A stretch of DNA of 64,000 nucleotides, from positions 92,380,001 through 92,444,000 of the forward strand of contig NC_043000.1 of assembly GCF_006345805.1 (NCBI RefSeq), written 5' to 3'. Every line of letters starts with the position of its first letter. Position 1 is the first letter of the stretch. Origin of the DNA: Octopus sinensis (Eukaryota). Of the stretch, positions 52,860 through 64,000 are shown in pieces. Both the position numbers and the translations under genes were made by a program. The notes beneath the pieces are model-generated. The model searched no databases, had not been told where the DNA came from, and worked only from the letters and a program-made list of their open reading frames with translations.

Positions 52860-53794
52860 TAGCATGGAAAATGGACGTTAAACGATGATGATGATACATA
52901 CATATATATATACATATACATATACATATACGTATATATATATATATGGATACATATATATATACATACATGCATACATACATATATATATATGTATGTA
53001 TATATATATATATATATGTGTGTGTGTATGTGTGTGTGTATATCCATGCATGTATGTATGCACTTGTGTGCATACACACATTTATTCTGTACACACCTTT
53101 ACACAAACTGAAATGTACATTGTGACAAAATTTCGTTTTCTGTTTGTACATTCATATGTACATACAGAATAAAGAAACACAGATATGCTAAAACACATTG
53201 CTACACATAGCCAGAGAGAAAGAGAGAGACAGACAGACAGACAGAAGGGGAGAGGGAGAAAAAGTGGAGGGAAAGAGGAAGAGAAAGAAAGAGAAAGAGA
53301 GATTTATGCAAACATAAAATTTTTTTTATAACTTCATTACAAGTTGAAAGTATGAATAAAATCACAAAAGACAAAAAAATAAATAAATAACAGCTGACAA
53401 ATTGAACAAACAAACACAGTTGTTACATAACTCAGTTTAGCTTTTAATACCTTGTTTACAAAGTAAATAAATTAATAAAAGACGTGGAGTGATATTGGTA
53501 ACAGGGGTTAACATGGGTATTCTCTTGCTTTGGCATGTAAAAGAAACAGAATTTAAACAATTTAATCTTGAGTTGGTTCAGTGCTTAATGCAGTATTAAC
53601 ACTCACCAAGCACTGATACATTGAGCTTTGACACAAAACATTCATTTATGTTATATTCTTCAAACAGCTCACTTCATGTTAACGTCTGCAAATCTCTTTT
53701 ATCTGAAGCATAGTATGCTGTCTTTTATAAAAAGGAACACATTTGATAATACTGTGTAGCAAAAACGATTTTTTTGTCTTTGGTCTGTAAGTGT

Positions 53795-54055
53795 AATTCG
53801 GTTGTTCCAAAATCAATGGCCACTTTAAATGTTGTGTTTTGAAATGCAGTTTTATCATAGTATTTTAATTATATTTTAGGTGAAATTCAACATACTTAAT
53901 GATTGATGTATGTTCTTCAATAATTTTCTACTTATTTCAGATAGAAAACATTTTTGAAGCATAGGCGCCCTTAATTATGAATGTGGCAAAAAAGGACCTT
54001 CGCTTACTTGCATGAGTTCAAGCTTGGGTATAATGCCTCCCAAACTGCTGTCAAA
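53795..54055 (+). mobile_element. mariner 5'-end remnant
   Basis: TIR-like ATTCGGTTGTTCCAAAA, then MNVAKKDLRL..LHEFKLGYNASQTAV (N-terminal HTH). Confidence 0.6.
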
Positions 54056-54622
54056 GAGGAGTTAATGAAGATATTTTGAAGATATTTTGCTAAATTCTTC
54101 ATTATTTTCAAAATTAATTAAACAAAGGCAACAGAAATAAAGTGAGAAAAGGGATAAGTGTATCTTGCTACTATAGCTGCTGCTGTGCAGATATTGCTCT
54201 AATGGCTGGTATGTGGCAGCCAGGAAATTTGTGTTTTTGAATTGGGCATTAAAGATGCCACAACAATAACATAGCACCACCTCCACCACTACCAACACCA
54301 CCACCGTTGCCCCCCTCCCAACAACAACAACAACAACAGTCAAGCAAGTAAAAGTAACATACAACAAACCAAACAAACAAACTGAAGAACAGAAGTTATT
54401 ATTTGCAAATTTTAACTCGCATGAGATTCTTTAAAGAAAGGAACCTAGCATAAAATGATGGCAATAGCCAGGCATTGTAGATTTTTTCCAATTTTTGAAA
54501 ATATTTAATCTGTTAATTTATTTTATATTTTTGTTATTTTTTCTGCAGACATTACATTTTTATATATTATATTACTTCATGTATATTTTTTTATATTTAT
54601 TCTTACAGTTGTTGTTTCTATT

Positions 54623-54754
<132 letters not shown>

Positions 54755-54941
54755 TGACCTTGCAGAATTTTGTCCATCTTTATGTTCGGAATTCAAATTC
54801 TGCTGGGGTTGACAGGGTCTTTTATTCTTTCAGAGTCAACAAAATAAATACAGGTCAAACATTAGAGTTGATGTAATAGACTTACCCCTTTCCTGAAATT
54901 TCAGCCTTGTGCCTATAGTAGAAAGGATTATTATTATAATA

Positions 54942-54975
<34 letters not shown>

Positions 54976-55525
54976 TATTGAGAACAGCACATACTATCAA
55001 AGTAACACTGGGGTACAAATAAACAAAGTGTAATATATCCATCATGAATACCTGTCTGATAAGGGTAAGCCAGGCACATCTATCACAACCATATGTGCAT
55101 GGCATGGTAATATTGTATAAAGATAAGTAGCACATGATTTCGCATTTGGGGTCCAGTTAGAGTTTTATTCTGGTCGACTAGCCCACCTGCTCAAAAGGTC
55201 CCAGAATAGGATTTGTTTAAGGATGATGAACAAAACACCCAGGTTTTCAGTTTTCATAGGTGAATTATTCAAACCCCAAAGAATTGCTATGATGCTCCCC
55301 AACTACTTCTGCACATGATCAGAGATGCACATATCGTCAGCCACTAAGGGACATGCTCAACTGGTTAGGGTCAAACAACTGACAAGCAAATATGTGGTAT
55401 TGAGCAGAATATTTACAGTAGCCCATCTTTTATACCAAGACAAAATATGTACATGATAACACTTCCAATCAGTTAAGATCAAAAGCCTTGAGAGTCTTTG
55501 CCTGGGACTGCTTCAAGGCATTTAA

Positions 55526-55565
<40 letters not shown>

Positions 55566-56718
55566 TTTTTTTTACTATTGCAGACACAACCATCATGTTT
55601 GTTTTTCCACTTCTGTTGTTATTAAGGGGCACAGCAACAGGTGAACAGTGTAAGTTGAATGAGGAAGTTGTTTGTTACTAAAACTAACAAATTCACCGGG
55701 AATCAACAGGAAAAAAAATGAATAACAGGAAAAATGTTTTATTTCAACTCTAAGCATTTGCGTGTGCTTGTATGTGCATGTATGTGTATGCATGTGTGTG
55801 CGTGCATGTATGTAGAAATGAATGAGAGTTTGTGTGTGTCTTGTGTATGCATGTGTATGTGTTGGTGCAAGGGTGTTTGTATGTGTGTGTGTGTGTGCTT
55901 GTATGCATGTGCATGCATGTCAGTGGGGTGGGATGAAGAGCAATGAGTGAGGGCAGTATCATTCATCAAGTACTAAAGAAATGTAAAAAAATATCAAAAT
56001 GTAAAGATAATTATGATAATAATAATAATAGTAATGATAATAATAACAATTAATGATAATGATAATAATAATAATAATAATAATAATATAATAATAATAA
56101 TAATAATGATAATAATGATAATATTAATAATAATAATAATGATAATAATAAGGAAAAATAGGAGATATAACATACACCCCGAATTGCAGATACACACACA
56201 TGTGCACAAACACACACATGTACAGACAAACACACACAGACACATACACACACACACACACAAACAAACACACACACACACACATATACAAAAATGCAGC
56301 AATACCTATTAAACATGTTAACAAAGAAGAAAATGCAAAGGTTACTCTACTGGCAAAAACTAAGCCCACCCCACTGCCACCACCACCACCACCACTACCT
56401 CCACCACTACCATTACCAGCACTGCTGCTGCCACCAGCACCAGCAGTAGAAGCACTTCCACCACCACCACCACCACTGAGTCACTGCCACTCCAATGATG
56501 TTTGGAAAGTTTCCTCCTTTGCCAGGCATTGATGGAAATTCATTCAACTCTTGATGAAACGGTACCTAATGAATCACCTTTGCTCACCTACCTATCACCC
56601 TCTACAATCCTACATTACACAAATGTACAGGTACATGCACACATGTATGTGTAGATTTTTAAATATCATTATACATACATACATACACACACATACATAT
56701 ATACATATACATACATAC

Positions 56719-56767
<49 letters not shown>

Positions 56768-56829
56768 CATGCATATATATGTACCCTTCTGTGTGTTTGG
56801 TTTTTTGTTCACATCAATCACTGAATTAG

Positions 56830-56960
56830 TAGCGGATTTCCTGAAATAAACCGCAGGTCTTGTTTAGCCAAGGCTGTTTCACCAATATCGACATCTCCAT
56901 ATTCATGGCTCTTGTACTTGTATATCACCGTACGCTATCACACAATCTCAGGAAAAACAG
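56830..56960 (-). mobile_element. PLE GIY-YIG endonuclease fragment
   Basis: VIYKYKSHEYGDVDIGET matches VIYK..C..C...YIGET, with Cys/Tyr positions decayed. Confidence 0.55.
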
Positions 56961-57508
56961 AAACCTTGCCCATGAATGTTTGTGAAAATATCCACTATAC
57001 ATCTATTGCTCTCTCTCTCTCTCTCTATCTCTCCCTCTTTGCATCAGTCTATCTATCTATCTATTTATCTCTATCTATCTATCTATCTATCTTGCATTTT
57101 GGTTAGTTTACCCCTGTTTGCAAAGATATTTATCTTGTCAATATATTGTTATACATACATACATACATACATTGATACATACACCATACTTACATGCATA
57201 CATATATACATATATGTGTATGTTTAAATGCATGTTTGGGTATAGATCTGTGAATGTGTGTATATTATATATATATATATACATAATAACAATTAATGAT
57301 AATGATAATAATAATGTTTGGGTATATGTCTGTGTGTGTGTATATACATATATATATATTTGCATATATATATATATGTATGTATATATATATATATATA
57401 TTGAAGCCAAATAGCCAGCTATAAAGTCTCAAGAAGAGATAGAATAGTAAGTAACATATACTAAACAGTACAGCGAGTGATGTGGTTGCTTGCTTTACTG
57501 TTTGGTAG

Positions 57509-57554
<46 letters not shown>

Positions 57555-57814
57555 TATGTTGTATATATGTATATATATGTATTTATATGTGTGTGTGTGT
57601 ATGTATATATGTGTAATATGTTATATATTATATGTTATATATATCTATATAATATATATACTATATATATATATATTATATATATATATATATATATTAT
57701 ATATAATATATGCATCTATGTATGTACAAGCACATGTATGCAAAGCATATATATATGTGCAATACATCACATATACATAAGAGGTGAGAAAGAGAAATGC
57801 CCAATGCAGCTTAC

Positions 57815-57886
57815 ATCTAGGATCTTCAATTGTTATCTCGTTCAAAAGAGCAAAAAGAATGTATGCATGTATATGCGCTGTTTCAT
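57815..57886 (-). other. Candidate 72-nt exon (phase 1-1, ETAHIHAYILFALLNEITIEDPR)
   Basis: Acceptor tagtctttgtgcag| and donor GAT|gtaagc. One open frame. Confidence 0.25.
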
Positions 57887-57961
57887 CTGCACAAAGACTA
57901 TTGCACATATTGTGGTGCATCATACACTTATGTGAGTGAGCATACATAAGCAAATGTGAAC

Positions 57962-57997
<36 letters not shown>

Positions 57998-58889
57998 GCA
58001 TACATATATATATACACATGCATTCATGTATCCATACATATGTATACACACACACACACACATGCATACATACATGCATACATACATATGTACATACATA
58101 TCTATGTAAAGTGGTTTGTGTATATTGACCATTTTCCCATACAGTGCTAAGAGACTTTTTTGGTGTTTAGGGATTAGCATGTTTTTTTTTAATGTATATA
58201 TATATATATTTTTTTCCCCTCACCAATTTTCTTCTTTGCAATTCTTTACTTCCATTATTAAAGGTCTCTGGCTATTTTATTAGACACCCCCTGTTCAGCA
58301 TTGGTGAGTTGAACATATCTTTGAATTTGTTTTGTAAAAATTCTTTCAACATTGGTATCCTTTTCTCTCCGTCTGTCTTTTTTTCTCTCTTTGAATGAAT
58401 CTTTGCAAAATTGTTGTTTTCAAGGAATCAAGGAAGGAAAATGACATGGATACATCCTGCTTTTGATATTGGTGATCAAATTAAAATCCAACTTCAGAAC
58501 ATGTTGAGTAGCTAAAGACTACAACTAACCCATAATATACACATACATATAAACATGCATATATATATATATACACATATGTATGTTTTTATATATATAT
58601 ATATATATGTGCATGTGTACATATATATATATATACATGTGTGTGTATGTATCTTTGTGTATGCAAATATAAAAAGCAGATAGACACAAACACCTGTTTT
58701 TTAGATGTGGGTTGTGTGTGAGTAGCTGTTGTTCTATCTATTTGCCTTTGGTAAGCAGAATGATTTATGGAATCGTCAAATAAGCAACTATATGCTATCC
58801 TCAAAGATAATGTGATCACATATCACAAGGAATCATTTAAAGGAGAACTAATTTGTACAAATCACATACATACACACACATACATGCCT

Positions 58890-59045
58890 ACATACATAGA
58901 TATACATAATATGAATGTGCACTATGTATATATACATATATATATACACACACATATGCATATATAATATATATATGTATATATATATATATATATGAAT
59001 ATGTATATATATATAAATATGTATATATATATGTATATATATATA

Positions 59046-59085
<40 letters not shown>

Positions 59086-59151
59086 TACATACATACTTAC
59101 ATACATATATATAATATATATACATACATACTTACATACATACATACATAC

Positions 59152-59184
<33 letters not shown>

Positions 59185-59186
59185 CA

Positions 59187-59237
<51 letters not shown>

Positions 59238-59300
59238 ATATATACATATATATATCTATATATATATATTATATATATATATATATATATACAATATATA
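58890..59300. repeat. Long interrupted (TA)n microsatellite
   Basis: Seen directly. Confidence 0.95.
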
Positions 59301-60169
59301 TAACAAGACATCATGAGTTCACAAGGAATTGCTAAGGAATAACACTGATTGATGAAGGTACTTGTTTACAACTCTCTCTCAAGATGTCAGGACAAGGAGT
59401 CACAAACACCCTCACACATTCATACACACTACATACACACATACATACATACATACTACATACAAACATACGCATATAATACATGCTGACGCAAACACGC
59501 TCGTACATGCATTCATAGATGTTAACATACAAACATACAAATTCAGTTTCCATCAACTGAATATACATTTTACAATGCTTGCATCGGCCCAGGGCTTTGG
59601 TAGAAAACATTTCTTGCTGAGGGTGCTTTGGAATGGGACGCAATCTGAAACTAGATAATTAGGAAGCAAAATTTTTAACCACACAACTATTCCTGCACCT
59701 GTATTTGTAAGAAATTCACTTGTTTTAATGTATGTTTGCTAAAGAATTTAGGCAGATGGTAATATCTTTATATAGTAAGATGGTGAACTGGCAGAAACGC
59801 TAGCATGCTGGGTGAAATGCTTAGTGGTATTTCCTGTCTAAGCTCAAATTCTGCCTAGATTGACTTTACCTTTCATCCTTCTGGGGTTGATAAATTAAAT
59901 ACCAGTAGTGTACTGGGGTCAATCTAATCTTTGTGCTTAAAGTAGAAAAGGTTATATTCATCACTGACATCATTATCATTATCATCACCAGCACCATCAA
60001 TGCCGTCATCATCATCATTGTCATCATCATTTTCCATGTCAGCATGATTTCAGGACTGATGCCTAGAGTAGATCTTTATATAATTAAAGCTTCACTGAGC
60101 AATTTTCCTGTTACAAGCCTGGTTTGGACTAGCACACACTGAGTATCTGGTGCTGAGTATCAGTCTTTG

Positions 60170-61128
60170 AGAAAGAGGGAACAACCTCCTCGTTGAAAAA
60201 AACTCCAGAAGAAATCCAAAACTTTTGTATTGGGACTGTCAGACTCTAACGCAAATTGTTAGAAAGGATCACAAAAGTACAGCTCCCAAAATTACTGCAG
60301 AGCTTAATGACCACCTCGAGAACCTAGTTTCCACAAAAACTGTTCGCTGGGAGCTGCACAAAGCCAGATTTCATGGGAAAACTGCTATCAGAAAACCACT
60401 ACCTTCAAAAACAAACATTGCAAAGTGTTTAGAGTGGAGTAAAAACCTACAGAATTGGTCCCTAGTGCAGTGAAGGAATGTTATTTTTTTTTAATGAGTC
60501 ATCCTATACCCTATTTCTAACCACCAGCCAAGTAGACATGTGGAGAAAGCCAAAAGAGGCATTTGACCCAAACCCTTCTTCCAACTGTTAAATATGGATG
60601 AGGATCTGTGATGATCAGTGGGGGGGGGGTCTATATCTTGGAAATCCGCCGGCCTAGTGGTTTCCCTTCATGGCAGAATTAATAGTCAAGAATATTTAAG
60701 CATTTTATCTGATCAAATTCATTGTATGGTTGTGGAACTGTTTCCAGAGGGAAATGCAATCTTTCAAGATTATAATGCACCAATTCATATAGCTAAACTT
60801 GTTACTGAATGGCACGAGGAACTTCCTAGTAAAGTTGAACAACTTATCTGGCCACCACAGTCCCCAGATCTCAATATTATTGAACATTTGTGGTGCATTT
60901 TAGAAAAACAAGTAAGGAGTCGATATCCTCCACCATCATCACTACAAGAACTGGAGACTGTTTTAGCTGAAGAATGGACAAAAATCCCTTTGGAAACAAT
61001 TCAAACATTGTACAAATCCATACCTCATAGAATTCAAGCTGTAATTACTGCCTAAGTTGGTCCTAGCCCATATTAAAATAAATTGGTTTGAAATTTTAAG
61101 GTGCTTCCATTGTTTTATCCAACCCCTG
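60170..61128 (+). mobile_element. Tc1-family transposase pseudogene (5'-truncated) with 3' TIR
   Basis: HTH region TAPKITAELNDHLENLVSTKTVRWELHK..RKPL; DDE region ISWKSAG..LHGRINSQEYLSIL..FQDYNAPIH..WPPQSPDLNIIEHLW..RIQAVITA. Ends CCAACCCCTG|TA. Confidence 0.9.
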
Positions 61129-61147
61129 TATATGTATATATATATAT

Positions 61148-61498
61148 TTATTTTTATTATTTTATTTATTTAGTTTCAGCTCACAAGCTGTGGCCATGCT
61201 GGGGCACCGCCATTTGTTGTTGCTACATGATTTTACTTCACGAATGCTTTTTAGCAATTGCCATCTGATGCATGAGAGGGTTCGATGCAGCTGCCCTCAT
61301 CTGCACCTCCTGCCGTGAAGTTGGTTCATCTGGGACACCTGACAAGAAGAGATCCAGTTTCATTTTAAGGACATCTGCATCCACCCCATGCAGGTCTCTT
61401 AGGTTCTTCGGGAGGATATTGAAAAGATGTGGGCCTCGGAAGCCCAGGCTATCACAGTATCTTGTCCTACATCTTGATGGCAAATTTGGAGTCCTTGG

Positions 61499-61503
<5 letters not shown>
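61148..61503 (-). mobile_element. CR1-like LINE 3' end (ORF2 C-terminus, 3'UTR, A-rich tail)
   Basis: RYCDSLGFRGPHLFNILPKNLRDL..DVLKMKLDLFLSGVPDEP..RAAASNPLMHQ* followed by GGCGGTGCCCCAGCATGGCCACAGCTTGTGAGCTGAAAC(TAAA)n. Confidence 0.75.
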
Positions 61504-61533
<30 letters not shown>

Positions 61534-61640
61534 TGCGTGTTAGCAGTTGGCTCACGCATGTTTATTATATCCTATATTTAAATACATGATTTTATTGAGA
61601 TGTATATGCATATTTTTATGTGTACATCAGTCTATGTGAC

Positions 61641-61675
<35 letters not shown>

Positions 61676-61829
61676 ATTTCGTAATGCATGTGCATACAAA
61701 CAGGCAAACATATATATTCATGACTAAAAGTAAATCATAGTTGCTCAAATTCATATGCATATGTGTGTCTGTATTTCTATATACATCTTTAAAAATATGC
61801 ATGCTTCTGTATGTACATATATATATATA

Positions 61830-62234
61830 GGCGCAGGAGTGACTGTGTGGTAAGTAGCTTGTTTACTAATCACATGCTTCCGGGTTCAGTCCCACTGCGT
61901 GGCACCTTCGGCAAGCATATTCTACTATAGCCTCGGGCCCACCAAAGCCTTGTGAGTGGATTTGGTAGACGGAAACAGAAAGAAGCCTGTCGTATATATG
62001 TATATATATATATAAATGTGTGTGTATGTTTGTGTGTCTTGTTTTGTCCCCCTAGCATTGCTTGACAACCGATGCTGGTGTGTTTATGTCCCGTTACTTA
62101 GCGGTTCGGCAAAAGATACGATAGAATAAGTACTGGGCTTACCAAAGAATAAGTCCGGGGTCGAGTTGCTCATTAAAGGCGGTGCTCCAGCATGGCCGCA
62201 GTCAAATGACTGAAACAAGTAAAAGAGGAAAGAG
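61830..62234 (+). mobile_element. SINE family S1 (full length, young)
   Basis: GGCGCAGGAGTGACTGTGTGG..GGGTTCAGTCCC..microsatellite..GGCGGTGCTCCAGCATGGCCGCAGTCAAATGACTGAAACAAGTAAAAGAG; many CpGs intact. Confidence 0.9.
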
Positions 62235-62255
62235 ATATATATATAAATTTTTATC

Positions 62256-62288
62256 TAGTTTCAGCTCACGAGCTGTGGCCATGCTGGG
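62256..62288 (-). mobile_element. 33-bp stub of the CR1-like LINE 3' tail
   Basis: CCCAGCATGGCCACAGCTCGTGAGCTGAAACTA. Confidence 0.6.
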
Positions 62289-62303
62289 TACATATATACA
62301 TAC

Positions 62304-62754
62304 AAAGAGAAACAAAGTATATCATACAAACACAACTGTAAAAGAAATAAAATAAAATATAGATGACAGTGGCAGGGGCAACAGCACCGCTCCGGCTCCC
62401 TACATTCATAAAAGAAATTTTAAAAGAGAGCAGAAGAATAAGAAGGAAATATATACATATATATTATCACTATTACAATTATTATTATTATATGTATATA
62501 TAAACACATACACATGCATATACACTTGTGCATATATATATTTCAACATGTGAGTGCGTATAAATATATATATATACATACATACATATATATATATATA
62601 CACACACACATTGCACAACAAATATATAAACACATATATATATATATTCATATTTATACATATATGTATATATATATATGTATATAGGCATATGTATATC
62701 TATATATGTATATGGCATATGTATATATATATATATATTATATATATATATATG

Positions 62755-62832
<78 letters not shown>

Positions 62833-63255
62833 TTATATATATATATTTATATATATATAATATATATATATATATATTATCTATTTATTTATTTATTTAG
62901 AGACGGAAAGAAATATAGAAAAAGCTGCTACTCAACGACAAATGGAATGTAAAACTCCGGAGCAACAGTTTTTGTTATATTTCTGCTGCTTTTAAATAAA
63001 GCATATTACTCTACCTCTGTATTTGAGTACTCATTTTTTCCACGTTGTTTCACATTTATGTGCTTACTCCGGTATATATATATTCATACACACTCATGAG
63101 TTGAAATACATGTATGCAATAAAGGTATATGTATGTGTGTGTTTATATATACATACTAAGAAAGTATATAGACATATAAAGTGTATATTGTATGTATATA
63201 TATATATATATTATATATATATATAATATATATATATATATATAATTATATATAT

Positions 63256-63294
<39 letters not shown>

Positions 63295-63368
63295 ACATAT
63301 ATGTATATAACTGTAAATGTATATATATATGTATACATGATGAATGTATATGTGTATATATAAATTTA

Positions 63369-63407
<39 letters not shown>

Positions 63408-63886
63408 CAATAATAATTCTCTAAAAGAGATATAGACAGTATATATATATTTACACACACACACACACATATATGTATACACAAACACATACACAGATAT
63501 ACACAAACACACACACACATACGCACACACACTCATTGAGACACATGCATTTATACAAAATGTACATACATTAATACATAGACATGAATCTTGTCACACA
63601 TCTTCCACTTAATGCTAGCTTACAATAATAGTTAACAACAGAGTTAGATGGAAATCGGCAAGTTAGGTAGAAGTTAACAAAGGAAATCAAAAAGGTAAAA
63701 CAAAAGAGAAAGAACGTATATCTTACAAACACAACTGTAAAAGAAATAATGTAAGATATAGATGACAGTGGCAGGGGCAACAGCACCCACTCCGGCTCCC
63801 TACATTCATAAAAGAAATTTTGAAAGTGAGCAGAGAATAAGAAGGAAATATATACATATATATTATCACTATTGCAATTATTATTA
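62304..63886. repeat. Direct repeat of about 185 bp (62304-62490 and 63702-63886)
   Basis: Both copies contain GATGACAGTGGCAGGGGCAACAGCAC..CTCCGGCTCCCTACATTCATAAAAGAAATTTT. Confidence 0.85.
62930..63075 (+). mobile_element. Family H-A repeat with a decayed hammerhead
   Basis: CGACAAATGGAATGTAAAACTCCGGAGCAACAG..TTTCTGCTGCTTTTAAATAAAGCATATTACTC..; homologous to 9901-10040 inverted. Confidence 0.65.
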
Positions 63887-64000
63887 CCATCATCATCATC
63901 ATTAATTTTATTATTACTTATATGTGTGTGTGTATATATATATATGTATGTATGTATCTCTATATACGCATGGATATATGTTGTATGTATACCTGCATTA

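Noticed and set aside
53606-53684. Minus-strand exon candidate with donor gtgagt and an in-frame TGA (selenocysteine idea)
   Set aside because: Weak purine-rich acceptor, stops in all frames, and no SECIS or selenoprotein similarity visible.
56200-56532. Proline-rich ORF resembling a formin/WASP-type segment
   Set aside because: It derives from degenerate (CCA)n/(CA)n repeats, with no splice context or recognisable domain.
58767-58860. KQLYAILKDNVITYHKESFKGEL looked PH-domain-like
   Set aside because: It is too short, has no usable acceptor or donor, and runs straight into microsatellite.
61830-61900. tRNA gene-like A/B boxes here and at the other SINE heads
   Set aside because: They do not fold into complete cloverleaves and continue into multicopy SINE bodies, so they were called SINEs and not tRNA genes.

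Overview
This is a very AT-rich, microsatellite-saturated eukaryotic window. Its repeat families and composition resemble an octopus/coleoid cephalopod genome (inference, not verified). No host protein-coding gene can be supported with confidence. Almost all ORFs in the supplied track are translations of (TA)n/(CA)n/(TATG)n/(TATC)n microsatellites or SINE bodies. The sequence does show: (i) several tRNA-headed SINE families in many copies; (ii) fossils of Tc1/mariner, hAT, Gypsy, RTE, CR1-like and Penelope-like (PLE) elements; (iii) several long fold-backs. The most notable signal is three distinct families of type-I hammerhead ribozyme motifs on short PLE-type repeats. One family has a long stem II and compensatory stem I changes, and lies directly behind a GIY-YIG endonuclease remnant. 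Another carries U instead of the conserved core A6 in all four copies. A second signal is a 3' stem-loop shared, with compensatory changes, between the dominant SINE and a CR1-like LINE. A few isolated exon-like segments with good splice sites are reported at low confidence.
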